Assembly (NCBI RefSeq): GCF_006345805.1
Contig: NC_043012.1
Span: 9,920,001-9,984,000 of the forward strand
DNA: 64,000 nucleotides
Direction of reading: 5' to 3'
Source of the DNA: Octopus sinensis
Taxonomy: Eukaryota
Shown: positions 23,429 through 37,605 of the stretch, in pieces
Layout: each line of letters opens with the position of its first letter
Position numbering within the stretch: the first letter of the stretch is position 1
Position numbers and translations under genes: made by a program
Notes under the pieces: model-generated
What the model saw: only the letters and a program-made list of their open reading frames with translations
Database searches by the model: none
What the model was told of the DNA's origin: nothing

Positions 23429-23960
23429 AAGGCGGCAAGCTGGCAGAACGTTAGCACGTCGGGCGAAATGCTTAGCGGTATTTCGCCTGCCGCTACGTTC
23501 AGAGTTCAAATTCCGCCGAGGTTGACTTTGCCTTTCACCCTTTCGGGGTCGATTATATAAGTACCAGTTACGCACTGGGGTCGATATAATCGACTTAATC
23601 CGTTTATCTGTCCTTGTTTGTCCTCTCTGTGTTTAGCCCCTTGTGGGTAGTAAAGAAATAGGTATTTCGCCTGCCGCTACGTTCTGAGTTCAAATTTCCG
23701 CCGAGATCGACTTTGCCTTTCATCCTTTCGAGATCGATTAAATAAGTACCAGTTACGCACTGGGGTCGATGTAATCGACTTAATCCCTTTGTCTGTCCTT
23801 GTTTGTCCCCTCTATGTTTAGCCCATTGTGGGCAATAAAAGAAATTAGAAATAAGAAACGGAAGCTCGCCGATTAAAGGGCTTAAACGGCATTTCGGTCG
23901 TCTTTACGTTGTGAGTTCAAATTCCATCGAAGTCGATAAATTAAGTAACATTTGAGAACT
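23429..23960 (+). mobile_element. SINE family B, two tandem units plus fragment
   Basis: gtatttcg at 23478 and 23662 (184-bp period). Confidence 0.9.
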
Positions 23961-24779
23961 GAGTTAGTGCAAAAGTTTGAAACCAATATTGAATAATTGT
24001 AATTAGATTCTCCTGCAAATTTCTACAATCTGGATGAATCAAGAAATTTAACTCGAAATTTCTGATATTCTGCCGAACCTAAGCTATTATATTTTAGCTA
24101 TTAATATTATATATTAAACATAATCCGGTTTATCACAAGAATTAACGTAAATCTTTCTCTCTTCAGAGAAACAAAGATATATTGTTCCTCGATTAGAAAT
24201 AAGATTATAAAACCACTTTTAATTTTTGCATAAGATCAGGAATTTCGAGGAGGTGGGGGAGGGATGGACTGTTATTTTATCAACTTAGAAAGTATGAGGG
24301 GCAAATATAACAGCGACAGCATTTGAAATCAAAGGCGTAAAAAGCTTGAAAAATCAATAACGTCTGATGCGTTAATGATTCATTCGCGTGCTTGATCAAT
24401 ATGGATGTATCCACAGATTCATCACTGTCATCGTTGCATAAAGGGGCATGTGCGATTTAAAGTGACCAAATCTGAAAGGTTCCGACTGATCGAGTGATCG
24501 CTGATTTATAACCATCGTACTGAATATCTCTTGTTTACTGCTAATACGGTCAGACGAACCCGTGCTGGGATTGGATAGGCCCTTATGCCTTGATTGCCCG
24601 TTGTAATAGATTTGATGCTTTTTTTTGGTAAATGAGAATCCAATCTCCAACACAAATTACATTTTGGTATATATTGCTCAATTTGCACAAAAGTAATATC
24701 ACGGAAATTCTGAGGAAATCAATCAATTACTGGATAAAAAATTCAGAACATATGAAGAATAATATTGCAAATGAAAAAC

Positions 24780-25310
24780 CTAGCATAACACAGAGAATTT
24801 TTGGCAGCAGAACCAGAAGAGACAGAAGCAGCAGCAGTAGCCGTTCAAGAATTTGGACCTGGAGATCTCCATTTCCAGCGACTTCGCGGGCCACCTCCCA
24901 GTAGTGTCGGGTGTCAATGAATATCCCTCGACTACAACGAGACGACCAAAGTTTTTTTTTTCCCAAGGTCTGGGGTCTCCCGGCCCTAAGTCCGAGACCA
25001 TCACCTAATCACCCTTACACCTCTTGCTGCTTAACAACAACAGAAGCAGCACCCCGACTTCCTACGCAACCGCTGAGCCTGGATGCGCATTCATCCATCC
25101 GTCGATGCTCTCCGTATCGGGGGTTGACCTGCTTTCTCTTCTGCGGGTCTTACAAATAGCAAAGGACCACGTTTCGGACTTCTCCCATCTTGCGAGCTCT
25201 GGGGCGAAGACCGTTCGCTCAACAGCAACAGCAGCAGAAGTAGCCGTAGCAGCATCACCATCACCATCAACAAACATAACAAGAACATTATACATACACG
25301 TAGTGCACTA
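24780..25310. promoter_or_regulatory. GC/CpG-rich single-copy island, possible promoter or first exon
   Basis: Visibly higher GC and CpG than flanks, no second copy in window, short CAG/AAC tracts. Confidence 0.3.
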
Positions 25311-25654
25311 AACGAGACTCAGTATAATTAAATACGTTTTCAAATAAATATTATAACAAAAAGAAAATAAACGATAGCAGAGGCGTTCGAGAGGAAGAAA
25401 TTAAACTAGATATATTTTGGCATCTCCACTGGAGCTTTCCTTGTTCCATCGGAGCAAGTTTTGAAGATGACCTTGTAAAACACTTTCAGTAAAACCTTCT
25501 TCATTGAAAAGGACTCGTGTATGTCTCTATATGTGTATACTTTAAAAGGGAACACAACACTAAAGCACAAGCAGAAATTGTACTTGCCGCAACTACCCAT
25601 ATACCGGTTCGGCAGTCTTTGCGAACACAATGATATCCTTCTGAGACATCAGTG

Positions 25655-26002
25655 ATTATATCCCTCTTGTTTTCAGTCGTATTTGTTGTTTTGGTTAGTT
25701 TGTTTGTCCGTGGACAAGTTATCTCAAGAGCCGCTGGATGGATTCGTATGAAACTTTCACAGATGTTTGACTTCGTAACTGGCACGAACCGATTAGATTT
25801 GGAGATCGATCCGATACCGGACAAGGATTCTGGATTATTTTACAGGTTTTTTTTTACCTAATTTTCGAGAGCGTTCGGGTTCATTATTCGTATTCTCGTT
25901 TGTGAGAACAGTTGATAGATATAAATTTCAGATATTCTCATTTTAGAAAGAGGACTTTGGTGTTGTCTTGGCGGAGATTTTCGCTCTCTGAGTGCTCTTG
26001 TT
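25655..26002 (+). mobile_element. Non-autonomous Helentron/HINE-like element
   Basis: gtttgtttgtccgtggacaag...ggatggattcgtatgaaacttt...cttggcggagattttcgctctctgagtgctcttgtt layout. Confidence 0.55.
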
Positions 26003-26989
26003 TTATTTTAGTTTTCAATTTCAATAAATCATCTTCCAACAAACGTGCTATCTATTTTTGTTAGTTTCAAGCTGTCACATTTAGAAGTTCTTAGTAGTTT
26101 CCTCATGTTTCTGTCAAACATTTTTATCAAATTTAAGTCGCAGTTTATTTTATAGCTAGTATAATTATAACTGTCATCTTTTTTCTAGCATTGAGGTAAA
26201 ATTTTAAAATTAAATAGATTCTTCCGAAATATCTTTTCTGAAGTTTGTCTTCATTTTGTGAATTACATTTTATCATTTTTATCTGCTCCGAAATATTTGT
26301 ATCGGTAGTTCTTGTATAATACTCTATTTTTGGTACCTGCATCCAATTTAATGAGCACTCTTTTAGATAATTAACCTTTTAGTTCTCTAATCACAATCTA
26401 ATCATGTTAAGAAAGCATTTATAATTAACTTTTACTAAACTTTTCAACTGAATATTGATGGATACAAATGTTTTTATATCACTTATATAAAGTGACATCT
26501 CATGGCCTGTCTGTATTATTTCTAAGCATTAGCGGTTTTATCTGGCACATATAGTAACGGACTTAGAGCGAGGTAAATCTGATTTGTTGTAAGATTATTA
26601 TTCTCACAAATATCGAGTGTAGCTTTTCTGTTGTTCGTGGTCCCTTGTGAAAATACAAGTTGTGGAAATAGTTTATAGGGGATCCATGTCATCACATTGC
26701 AAATTTAACTCAGCATATATTGTTTGATAGTCAGTGTTATGTAGGCATTCTTCTTCTAATAGATATAAGACTTGATTTAATTGTATTCCCTTTGCCTTAT
26801 GCTGCGTGGGGACCGACATGTCAAAGAATAGGCCCAACGTTTACTCGCGTGGTGTGGATGGCGACTAAAAGAGGTTGAGGAAAGATTTGCACTTGGTCCT
26901 GGTAAAGTCTCACCAGGAATAACTACCCAAACTGATCCTTGGAGATTTGTCGCCTGAGTGGAGCAAAGGTGCCATACACCAGCAGCAGG

Positions 26990-27028
26990 AATAATTGATG
27001 CAGCGACGCGATATTACAGTGCATACCC

Positions 27029-27101
<73 letters not shown>

Positions 27102-27128
27102 GACGACGACGATGACCACCACCACCAA

Positions 27129-27159
<31 letters not shown>

Positions 27160-27200
27160 AACAACAACACCATCCACCACCACCACCACCACCTCCATTG
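26990..27200. repeat. Compound trinucleotide array (ACT/ACG/ACC/AAC/AGC)
   Basis: Direct reading. Confidence 0.95.
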
Positions 27201-27399
27201 CTCTGCATTACATCGTCGGTGTACATTTTGTCGTAGCACGGTTAAGAGTAACTGTCCTACTGTAGTGATTTTAATTTTTGGAGTCCGTCACACAGAAACC
27301 GTTAGGTTCGCTTTAAGCAGTTATATTGATATTCATTCTAGTCTTTCTACAAGCTTCTATTTCAGGTGAATGTTAGGTGCATTACGAAGAAACTGAAGC

Positions 27400-27910
27400 T
27401 ATGGAATGTCAAATACACTTCCCAGTTCCTTTTTGTTTTTAATGTTTGCGAGAGTCCTTTCCAGCATTCATCAATTTCCATTGATATCTATGTATTTCCC
27501 ATTGATTCGTAACTTTTTCTTGATATTCTCTATAAAAATCCTTTGGTTTTTTTATTAAAATACATTGTTCCTCTAGAAGAAGTTTTCATGTATTTTCGAA
27601 GCGTATTATTCTGCTTACTTTTCACTAATATAGTTTTTATTTTCACTACTGTGGCGTTTTCTTAATAGTCATTATTCTTTTTCAGAGATCTGGATTTCGT
27701 TTTTCCGCCTCTTCTTTGCTATAACGAGAAGTAAGAATAGGAAATATATTTTTCTTCCGACTATATTTAGTATATTGTTTTCCCATTGTATTTGCAGTCA
27801 ATATCGACTCTAATAGGATCAAAACCGATTTTGCTCAGTATTACAATTGCTGATGAATAGATTAAACCTTTCAGTTTGTTGATATCCTTGCAGTTTCTAC
27901 TATCGAATAA
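27400..27910 (-). mobile_element. Possible highly decayed L1/Tx1-type LINE fragment
   Basis: QRRGGKRNPDL (27685-27718) resembles the post-RT GGLxxPDL motif; LSPLLY-like reading near 26560; many stops. Confidence 0.25.
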
Positions 27911-28059
27911 AATTCTTTCAATGGCCTATATGTCTTTCTTTGTTCGTCGATCTATTTGAATGTAGCAATAGCAGACGTCTATTCTGCTTCACGTTTCATC
28001 GACCATGTTATATTATCTTCTTGCACTGCTTCATTTATTGTTTTTGTTTTGTCCACTAC

Positions 28060-28460
28060 AACATACATTTCTTTTCGGCCGAATTTGAATTCAGAACATA
28101 AAGACAGACGAAATACCTCTTTCTTTACTACCCACGAAGGGCTAAGCACAGAGAGGACAAACAAGGACAGACAAAGGGATTAAGTCGATTATATCGACCC
28201 CAGTGCGTAACTGGTAGTTATTTAATCGACCCCGAAAGGGTGAAATACAAAGTCGACCTCGGCGGAATTTGAACTCAGAACATAAAGACAGACGAAATAC
28301 CTATTTCTTTACTACCCACAAGGGGCTAAACACAGAGAGGACAAACAAGGACAGACAAATGGATTAAGCCGATTATATCGACTCCAGTACGTAACTGGTA
28401 CTTATATAATCAACCTCGAAAGATGAAAGGCAAAGTCGACCTCGGCGGAATTTGAACTTT
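28060..28460 (-). mobile_element. SINE family B, tandem units, head missing
   Basis: Repeated gaactcagaacataaagacagacgaaatacc about 183 bp apart. Confidence 0.85.
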
Positions 28461-29150
28461 TTATTGTCATTATTTGTGTTTAACTGTTGCAATAACTGTT
28501 ATCCGAATTGCTGTTGCTGCTATAGCTTACACGTATATATATATATATTCATCATCGTCTGTCCGTTTATTCCGAAATTTTTACTCGTTACTTCATTCTT
28601 CCATCGCTTCATTCGATTAATTTATACTTAATTTATTGATACATTTTTGTACTTTGTATCACTGTTTCGTTTCTGCATGTATTTCTTTATAAATATTTTT
28701 TATCTTCCCGTCGTAAACTTTTCAACTTCAGTCCACTGATCGCTCTTACTAATAACAACCGTAGCTCACGTTTATCATTTCTCCGTGGAATATGTAACAA
28801 TATAATGGAAAATGTCACGCATTTCGTGATCTTTACATTCATGCTATTCCCACTCGACAGGAAGGTCAAATGAAAGCTCTATGGCATGAATTAACACTCA
28901 TACCAAATAATCATTAAAACATAAGTCATTCCCAAAAATCTCTAGCGTCCATATGAATACAAAGAACAACAAACTGGAGCCAACTCTCTTCTAACTAATT
29001 ATGTATGAATAACATTCAAAGGGCTATAAACAACATCGTAGTGATGAAAATATAGTGTATTTGGACAGGGTATATTTACATATTTGTACATATTGCCCTG
29101 ACTGAATATATATATACATATATAAATATGAATAAATATATATATATACA

Positions 29151-29188
<38 letters not shown>

Positions 29189-29419
29189 TACATATATATA
29201 TATTGTGTGTATGTATTGTATACGCGCGCACACACACACACATATATAAAGGCACATGTACATATATATATATGTATAAATACATATATATGTATATATA
29301 TACATACATATAGTTATACATATACGACAGGCTTCTTTCTTTTTCCGTCATCCAAATAATCTCACAAGGCTTTGGTCAGCCCAAAGCCAGTCTATGTATT
29401 ATTGTTATTATTATTATTA

Positions 29420-29464
<45 letters not shown>

Positions 29465-29475
29465 TATTATTATTA

Positions 29476-29549
<74 letters not shown>

Positions 29550-30478
29550 TAGTAGTAGTAGTAGTAGTAGTAGTAGTAATAGTATTAGTAGTAGTAGTTG
29601 CAGCGGTATGGGATATGCGCAATGGTACTGAACCTGGAACCATGTGAATTGGATGCAAATTTAATACCACTCAGTGCCTATGTAATACTTTATATATTAT
29701 GTATATCATTGAAATAAAACTTCTTGTGAGAGGTTTTACAGAACGAATTAATTTCCATGTTTGGGAGTTCACGCAAGTGTTAAACATAAATGCACAAACC
29801 CATATATCAATCAACACAACCTTGTAGGTCTTTAGTTTGTGAATTCCAGCTAACAAACCTTTGTGCACATCAACATATTTATTATTCTTTTAGTAAATAA
29901 GTGCAAATATTAGTTGACTGTAAAACGATTCAGTGTCCGTAATTACACTTAAAACCTCCAGATGCAACGATTTGCCGACGCTATTCTTCATATATTGGGG
30001 TAGTTTTCAGACGCCTTGCCTATCAGGGGGATTTCTCGGCAAGTATATTTTCTGCAGTAATGTTTTATACGTTTGAATGTACATGAAATGGTTAAATATA
30101 ATTGTATTCACCTGCACTCCCATCAACGCTGTTTCACGCACTTCCCGTTAATGAACAGCAGTTATCTATATGGTGGGCGAAAAGCTAAAATTGCATTATA
30201 CATGCAAACCGGCCTGTGCGGTTTTATGATGCACTTACTAATACTAGCTTCATATTCAATGTCTCCCCGCACAATTCAAGAGTGTATTGAGCTCTTGCTT
30301 TTAACACAATCCTATATTTAAACTTCCCACAAAAGCTAATCCATGTTTACAGTTTTCTATAAACGTCTATGAGTGAGACACTCTTTATCCTCAAGAAATA
30401 TTCAAACTTATATTTTTATCCATATTTTAACCTGTATGATCTGCCTGATTACCTCTACACGAGAACTATTTCAGCTAG

Positions 30479-30514
<36 letters not shown>

Positions 30515-30518
<4 letters not shown>

Positions 30519-31190
30519 GGAGTAAACACATAAATGTGAAACAAGGTGGAAAAAAGAGTACTCAAATACCAGTGGTAGAGTAATATTTTATTTAAAGCAG
30601 CAGAAAATTCAACCAAACCAAAGTTTCCCGTTGCCGTTCATCGGACAGTTTTTGCTAAAATTCTAATTTTTGACAATATTACTTTTAAAAAAATGGTGAG
30701 TGTAATAATGAAAATTATACGAAAGACATGTAAAATATAACACCCTATTTCGGATCATCTATAAATTAAAAATCAAAGTAAGTCTATACAATATAATAAC
30801 ATGAAATAAACTAAGCCGAAGGTTTTTCCTAAGGAATATGTAGTAATATAAACAAAATAAACAAAATATATGCATGAGACTTTGCTATACGGAATGAAAT
30901 CTGTATAGCGCGAAACAAATCCATCGTTGCGTTTACATACTAGTCCAAGAATCAAAATCAAAATTTCAAAAATCAAAAATACAAAAAGACAAAATATATA
31001 CTCTATCCATATGGTATATTTATGCTTGACATTTTAAATTTGGTTGCGTGCCTGCATAAGTTCATCAGCTCACTTCTTTGATCCAAAGAATTATTGTCTT
31101 TGAATAAAATATAAAGTTTCTCTAACAGGCAAAGATTGCATTAAAATTATTCTTGGTTTCGCGCTATGCAGATTTCATAAAAAAATTTGA
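30515..31190 (-). mobile_element. 5'-truncated Penelope-like element (Neptune-type): endonuclease C-terminus, 3' UTR and terminal repeat
   Basis: 31140-31021 reads CNLCLLEKLYILFKDNNSLDQRSELMNLCRHATKFKMSSI; terminal repeat 30515-30660 homologous to 14591-14734. Confidence 0.85.
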
Positions 31191-31952
31191 TGTAAATATG
31201 TGTATAGCCACGAATATGTATTTGTAAGCATACGTCTCTGTGTATGTGTAAGTGAGCGTATGTTTGTGCTTAAGCACACACATACACGACTGTATGTGTA
31301 TGTATCCACTTGAACTTATGTGTTTGTGTACTTGTCTCTATATATATGTGTCAATATACGTGGTTACACAGCTTTATACATAATTTTTCTTATTTCGGTT
31401 TTTTCCGCACCCCTCCTTTTTTCTTTTTTTCCTTCCCCCTTTTTCTTTTTTCTCTCTCTTCCTTTCTTTCGTTTTTTTCTCTACCTATACGATACTTGTA
31501 TAGAGTCATGTAACTTTACGTCCCCCCTCCCTTACTCATGTCTTAAACTTTGCTTCGTAAATAAGAACGCTACTTCACCATCCATGATTTTAGCTTGCGT
31601 GCGAACTAGATTGCGTATACATATGTATACATGCATTTGTGTGTATATTTTAGCTTTATATTTGTACGTCTGTATATGTATGGGGTTTGCACGCATCTAT
31701 CTGTGTATGTTGATATATATGTATACTTTAATATGAATATGTATTGCCGTGTAATATTTTTAATGCATTTCAATTTCCATGTATTAATTACATTTCCTTC
31801 ATTAAGGTCAATATGTATTTTATTCAATGTAAGGTTTTTCCTCGAATTTTATAAGTTTTATAATTTATATATATATTTTTTTTTGAGCTCATTTTGTTTA
31901 TCGCTCGAAAATTGACCGTTATTTCTAAAGGCCCAATCAAACAAGTCCAAAA

Positions 31953-31990
31953 CTGTCCGATGAACGGCAACGGGAAACTCAGAGTAACAG
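31953..31990 (+). ncRNA. Minimal type-I hammerhead ribozyme motif, CCGATGA core variant
   Basis: CTGT-CCGATGA-ACG GCAA CGG-GAAA-CTC A GAG-TA-ACAG. Confidence 0.65.
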
Positions 31991-32028
31991 GTTCTGTTGA
32001 ATTTTTTGCTGCTTTAAATAAAGTATAA

Positions 32029-32077
<49 letters not shown>

Positions 32078-32103
32078 ATGTATATGTATATATATATACA
32101 CAC

Positions 32104-32935
32104 ACTTGGAAAATGATGCGTGGCATTCGATCATATAATAATATAAATGATATATAAATAGATGAATATTTACATACATATATGTACATACCTATATCTA
32201 TATGTATATATACATGCATATATGGGTACAGGACATCAAACAAACGTTGAACACAATGAGAAGCGAAAACATAAAACCAAAAACATGGAAACGAACTTTT
32301 TTTCAAGCAACGAAAAAAAAGGGAGTACAAGACATACAACACAAGGAATATTCCCCTTCTTCAGTTGTCCCTGTTTCGTCTACTCCGCCTTTTCGAAGGT
32401 GATGACAAAACGCGACTTCGTTGAAACAGTCCTTCCCGCAAAGCAAATTAAATAAAATTCAGGTTTTTTGCGGGGTAAAAGGGGTAACAATTACAGGACA
32501 GTAAGAACAATAAAAGTAAAAACAGTAAAAGAGAGAACAACGACAAAAACAGTAAAAACAAACGATGGGAGCTGTTAAACCAAGACGATAGAAACATTAT
32601 TCTGAACGCTTATGGAGACAGCTTATGAGAGAGATAGGATAAGCGTCCTTGTCTTGGTGAAGATAGCAGTTGGAAAGATGGCTTCCCTCTGATCATGTGT
32701 CTGTGACGAGAGAATCGAGGAAGAGGAGGAGGAGGAGTAAGAGAAAAGGAACGGTAAAGGAGTGAGGAGAATAAGGAAGGGTGGGGGAGAAAACCAGAAA
32801 GGATGAACAACAAGAGCGGGAGGACATAGGCAGAGGAGAAATAGTAAAGTTGAAGAGTGCGCATCATAATTATTGAGATAAAACTTACTTGGAAAAGGAT
32901 GCGTGGCGTTCGATCATATAATAATATAAATAATA
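32104..32935 (+). mobile_element. Non-coding repeat family F with purine-rich body and 44-bp direct repeats
   Basis: Homologous to 41830-42445; acttggaaaa..gatgcgtggc.ttcgatcatataataatataaat at 32104 and 32887. Confidence 0.75.
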
Positions 32936-33302
32936 GTGCAGGTAATAGTGCAGCCGCCATTCCAGTCTTCAACTGTTATGAGTAGGATTCTCCTGTGAGT
33001 GAAAAGTTGAAAAATGAGAGAGGAGTCTATCACTGCTTTTAACTTTATAGAACAGCGGTTCTGAAACTCAGCTCCCAGGTTTGGATCTGGCCCAGCATTT
33101 AAAGCAGTTGCGAACCACTAATATAAAAATTTAAAAGAATTAACCCCAGGCTTGGTACCTACTAAGAAGACAAACCCATTTGCGAGTGACAGCTATGCTA
33201 TGCTTCAATTTACAGTATACTTAAAAAACTTGTGCAAATACACTTGAATACAATTATTTAATATATATGTATAAGTACATGTATGTATATATATTCCTTG
33301 AT

Positions 33303-33638
33303 TCTTTTACTATTTTACTTGTTTCAGTCATTTGACTGCGGCCATGCTGGAGAACCGCCTTTAGTCGAACAAATCGACCCCATGACTTATTCTTTTTTAA
33401 GCGTAGTACTTATTCTATCGGATTCTTTTGCCGAACCGCTAAGTTACGGGGACGTAGACACGCCATCATCGGTTGTCAAGCAATGATTGGAGACCAAACA
33501 CAGACACACACACATATACACACATATATATACAGAAACAGTAGAAGGGACTTGGTCAAGGTGCCCCAACAGTGGAGCTGAACCTGGAACCATGTGGTTG
33601 GTAAGCAAGCTACTTACCACTCAGCCACTCCTGCGCCT
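33303..33638 (-). mobile_element. SINE family A, internally deleted
   Basis: Both ends match 19970-20375. Confidence 0.85.
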
Positions 33639-33688
33639 ATTTACATATACATATGCATACATACATACATACATACATACCTACATAC

Positions 33689-33747
<59 letters not shown>

Positions 33748-36280
33748 ATATATACATATATATATGCGTGTGTAAGTAAATGTATGCTTGTGTATATGAA
33801 TGTATATATAAATGAATACGTATACATTGTATATATCAATATATGTATTCATGCATGCACACACACACATATTCATGTCTGTATGTATTTAACTACAGAC
33901 AATCAAACGCACACATATATAATCTATAAACTTATGATTTATGTATTCGTATACACCAATGTGTTTGTAAATAGACTCGATAAAATATAGTCATTAAGAT
34001 ATATAAATATACAATATATTCCTTATTTACTCAATCTATATATGTTGCTTTTTTGTTTTATTTAACCATTATTTCCTCAATCTCTACATATTTCTCTTTT
34101 CCTGTTCTTCTCCTGTATCATGTCTTCCATCCTTTCCTATTAGAATAACAAATGCTGCATTTTGTTTGAAAGCAATGTTGAACCCAAAACCTAGGCATAG
34201 AATTACCTACATCTGTGGTTCATTATTTGAAAAGCTATATTTTTCTTCGTCATTTTTCCTTCGTCAGCCACGGAAATCTACAAAGCAATTTTCTCTAGCG
34301 AAAGTTATATATTTTTATTTGGATTTCCTATTACTAAGATGAAATGCAACACTGCATATACACATGAAACTAATGTTCTTTTTACAAGTCTGAGATGGAA
34401 TATGCTGGCCATCTAATATAATTGTGATTACTGTTGTAGAGATACAGCCGAAACAATTTTCAACGGCTGCAATTGTAGTTTCTTATTACAAAATTTAAAT
34501 GCATCACTGCTTGTCTATAAGAGACAATTTGCCCATCAAGACTGGTAGAAGTATTTCACTACTCAAATTACACCATGCATTCGGTAAAAACCAATCTTTT
34601 AATGTGGCCAATATATTCAACTAGGTCATTCCGTGTGTACACAAACAAGAGGTTGCCGAGATTAAAATAAACACTTACACATTCGAAAGAAACGATGCTG
34701 ACTGATATAAAACGAAACTGGGTTATCTTAAAGTATTCTTAATTAGAGATAAATCTGATCAATATTACTCAATATGAGATAGAAACTGTAGGATGTTAAC
34801 ACAGTGACTTACAAAACCATAACATAAGTATATTGACACAGTATCCTTATGTTATGAAAGCTCGAATTCGATGTTTATATACTTATTTACTTTATTTTTG
34901 GGCAATTCTTTCCTAAATCATAAATATAGATATTCAATAAACTAATGATCTAATACGGAATTACGGTTTTGAAATTGTGTCGTAGAGTTTTGTCCTGTCA
35001 AAAACATTTTCGCAGTTACTTAAAATATTCAGTCAAAATGAACATACCTCCATCATTTACACACGATATTTCATAGAAAGAAGAAGAAAAAAATGCTGTA
35101 TTTTCAAATAGAAAACAAAATTGATGACAGATGTCGAATATGTAGAAGAATTCCAACAGAAAATAAATGCAATACCTCTCTGGAGTAATACCTATTTCAA
35201 GAAAAGATTTTTTCTTTTTATTTTGCTGGCAGATTTAAATATCGGTGATCTATAATTATCAGTTGTTCAGTGAGAGTCCTGAAATCTTGTCCCGCTTGTA
35301 AAATAATTTAGAATATAAGAAAGAAATATCCTTGAATAATCAAAGATATTTCCTAGTTATTTTGCTAGCAAAAGCATCAGTACTATCAAATCGACAAATC
35401 TGGTTTCAAAAACTGATACGGCTATCTATTGATTGGGTTTTTTTAGTAGTTGTTCGACAATGTAGATATCTAGCTATTAGTTGTACAAGATACTGCACAT
35501 GTGAGATAATTTTATGAAGATGCGATACATATTTTCTAACTCATCTACTATAACATGTATGTATAAAAGTAATATGTTTTATGTTTAGATATAACAGTAT
35601 TTTACTGGGAATACATGTGTCACAAAGAGAACTTCTGTGTACCCTTCAAGGGTAGGAATGACGTCTCTAACGTCAAGCAGAAATCCGTTGTACACATTCT
35701 AAAGAAATCGATAGCAAACTCTTTTCATGGATCTAAACAAAATATACGTCTCGTACAGAGTCAAAAGAGATGATTTCTGAATCGGAAGATGTGTTTTTAT
35801 AAGATGGAGAAATGTTTAAATAGAAGAAAATAAAGCACGCATTAGATGTATCCTGAATTCAGGCGTAATCGTTTATCTGAAATGGCAGAAAAGAATAACA
35901 TAGTATACTTGTAATGAGAATGAAAATCGTGCATGAAAAGCACGATACTGGAAAATAAGATGATTGTGTTTGTGGGAATAGAGAGAGGTTTAGGGATTAA
36001 TTTGTTCATATTGAACCTTATGCTATACCAGCCCACGACTGCTTAACGATCGTAATAAACAGTCAGGCGTGTTATATCGAAAACCATTATTAAACTGCAA
36101 ATAACGTAACTAATGTCTTCTGGAATAAGGCAGCCCATGATTCCAAAGCAATTGTAGGAAATATAACCTTACAGTGTATGCCCGAAAAATTTTAACATTT
36201 GTTAGAACTAAGAATGGATATCGAACAGATTCTCGTGGAACTTGCAACTTTATGCACTATATATATGTATGTATGTATAT

Positions 36281-36350
<70 letters not shown>

Positions 36351-36582
36351 ATATATATTACACATACGCGCGCGCGTACATATACAGATACTGTTTTAGT
36401 AAGCTTAGTTCGTAGAGTGCAGTCGTGTTTCTGTATCAGCCTTTAAGGATAAAGTCGATAGAAACATCTCCAATACTTTTGCCTTACGAATTCGGAAAAA
36501 TGGAAAGCAAAGCGTACGTAGAAGGTAGGGATCTTAAATCATATCGGAAATAAATCGAAATAAACACCGCAAGGTACTTTAA

Positions 36583-36762
<180 letters not shown>

Positions 36763-37204
36763 TAAATCTTGTACATAACTATGCATTATTCCATATATAT
36801 ACATAAACATAAGTTTAACACATTAAATTAACGTGTAACATCTTCATTAACTCCACCACTGAATTTAGGGCGTTTATATTACCCAAGAGGTATTCTATAC
36901 TTTCCAGCAAGAGGGTAGTTTGGTGTCAAAATGTTAGTACAATCCTAGCAATATGTGTTGTATAGGGAAAACAAAAGTTCCATTCAAATGGCAATTATCG
37001 GACGATTTTCTGCTCGAGTCTTACCATTTTAAGACGTCGTGGAAACTGAACTATGATGCAAATAGCACGTAAAATTGTATAAATTTTACAATTGAAAAAT
37101 TTACTCTATTTTGTACATTCTAGTATACCAGTTGACATACCATTAAGAGAAAGTACATACTTATTGTACAAACGTATATGTATGTACTCATATATTCGTT
37201 TCTA

Positions 37205-37605
<401 letters not shown>

